This document shows, in pieces, positions 34,319-34,902 of a DNA stretch of 34,902 nucleotides (positions within the stretch are counted from its first letter, which is position 1; the number at the start of each line of letters is the position of its first letter). The notes under the pieces were generated by a model. That model worked only from the letters and a program-made list of their open reading frames with translations. It searched no databases and was not told where the DNA came from. The DNA comes from Calditrichota bacterium (GTDB lineage: Bacteria; Zhuqueibacterota; Zhuqueibacteria; Residuimicrobiales; Krinioviventaceae), in assembly GCA_003818595.1 (NCBI GenBank), contig RPQV01000003.1, positions 1-34,902 of the forward strand. Direction: 5' to 3'. The translations under genes and the position numbers were made by a program.

Positions 34319-34902
34319 ATGCGCACCTCCAATGACAATGCTTTTTCGGCCCTGCTCGACCGCTTTGATCTGTTCCCATCTCAACAGCTGCAGCTGCGAC
34401 GCTATGTCGAGCTGTTGGAAACATGGAATCAACGGATCAATCTGGTGTCCGGACGCGACGTCGACTTGATCGTCGCCCGCCATCTGGTCGATTCGCTGGA
34501 GTTGACGACGCTGAACTGTCTGCCGGAGAACGGCAGAATCATGGATTTGGGCAGCGGTGCCGGCTTTCCCGGCATCCCGCTGGCCATCGCCAGACCGAGT
34601 CTTGAAATCGTTTTGGTCGAAGCGGTGCGCAAAAAGGCGCTGTTTCTCGAAGAAGTGAAACACGTTTTAAATTTGAACCGGGTGAAGGTCTATATCGGTC
34701 GCGTCGAAGCGATGAACAGTGCGGAGGAGGAAAGCCGATTTGCGGTGATCGTCGCCCGCGCCGTCGCACCTCTGGTCAAACTGTGGTGTTGGGCCGAACC
34801 ATTGCTCAAAACCAACGGTTTTCTGCTGGCGATGAAGGGAACTCACGTCCAATCAGAAATCGAGGAACTTTGCTCCGAATATTCCGTGATATGCGGCTGC
34901 GT
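34319..34902 (+). CDS. rsmG: 16S rRNA (guanine527-N7)-methyltransferase RsmG (GidB); 3' end beyond the right window edge
   Basis: Missing from the ORF track because it has no stop in the window. Hand translation is open to the window end: MRTSNDNAFSALLDRFDLFPSQQLQLRRYVELLETWNQRINLVS...IMDLGSGAGFPGIPLAIARP...VEAVRKKALFLEEV. This includes the SAM motif DLGSGAGFPGIPLAI and the classical position after mnmG. An in-frame GTG at 34292 (a GTGA overlap with the mnmG stop) is an alternative start. Confidence 0.85.
   Translation, partial: MRTSNDNAFSALLDRFDLFPSQQLQLRRYVELLETWNQRINLVSGRDVDLIVARHLVDSLELTTLNCLPENGRIMDLGSGAGFPGIPLAIARPSLEIVLVEAVRKKALFLEEVKHVLNLNRVKVYIGRVEAMNSAEEESRFAVIVARAVAPLVKLWCWAEPLLKTNGFLLAMKGTHVQSEIEELCSEYSVICGC

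Noticed and set aside
34139-34852. Minus-strand ORFs of 174, 88, 67, 76 and 61 aa, and plus-strand ORF 34423..34605
   Set aside because: They overlap the 3' end of mnmG and the rsmG frame, which carries the canonical SAM-binding motif. They are Arg/Gln-rich nonsense typical of antisense frames.
1-34902. Search for CRISPR arrays, tRNA/rRNA genes, IS elements, integrases, toxin-antitoxin pairs and known defence-system signatures
   Set aside because: I saw no regularly spaced direct repeats and no cloverleaf-capable GC-rich intergenic segments (the spacers are short or AT-rich). I also saw no DDE, tyrosine-recombinase or serine-recombinase motifs, and no small paired ORFs resembling TA modules. 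This is a visual scan only. tRNAscan-SE, Infernal, ISfinder and DefenseFinder runs would be the proper check.

Overview
A 34.9-kb, densely coding chromosomal segment. I call 28 protein-coding genes and found no rRNA, tRNA, CRISPR array, transposase or integrase. All homology calls come from motifs I recognise by eye; no searches were run.

Likely source: two proteins end in type IX secretion (T9SS) C-terminal sorting domains and there is a PorV/PorQ-like barrel, which suggests the FCB superphylum. Clear Shine-Dalgarno sequences argue against classical Bacteroidota.

Layout:
- Positions 1-27661 are almost entirely minus-strand.
- Positions 27722-34902 are entirely plus-strand and carry the origin-proximal housekeeping block rpmH-rnpA-yidD-yidC-mnmE-mnmG-rsmG.

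Most interesting candidates:
1. A tightly packed operon (1-8856): SGNH-TPR esterase, SusC-like TonB-dependent receptor, a ~1180-aa calcium-repeat protein with a T9SS sorting tail, and a PorV/PorQ-like barrel. There is no SusD.
2. An operon (21010-27118): NHL beta-propeller, a 1139-aa domain-less predicted outer-membrane beta-barrel, and a short Omp85/BamA-family protein.
3. A translationally coupled operon (9328-12712): HAD phosphatase, hotdog thioesterase, carbamoyltransferase and SxtJ.
4. A 470-bp AT-rich spacer (8857-9327) with a ~10% GC tract and two copies of a 24-bp palindrome built from DnaA-box-like 9-mers, one of them a perfect TTATCCACA.
5. A 15-nt CACGTG-centred palindrome present in inverted orientation just after the stops of mnmE and mnmG.

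Two edge-truncated genes missing from the ORF track were recovered by hand translation: 1-716 (minus) and 34319-34902 (plus).
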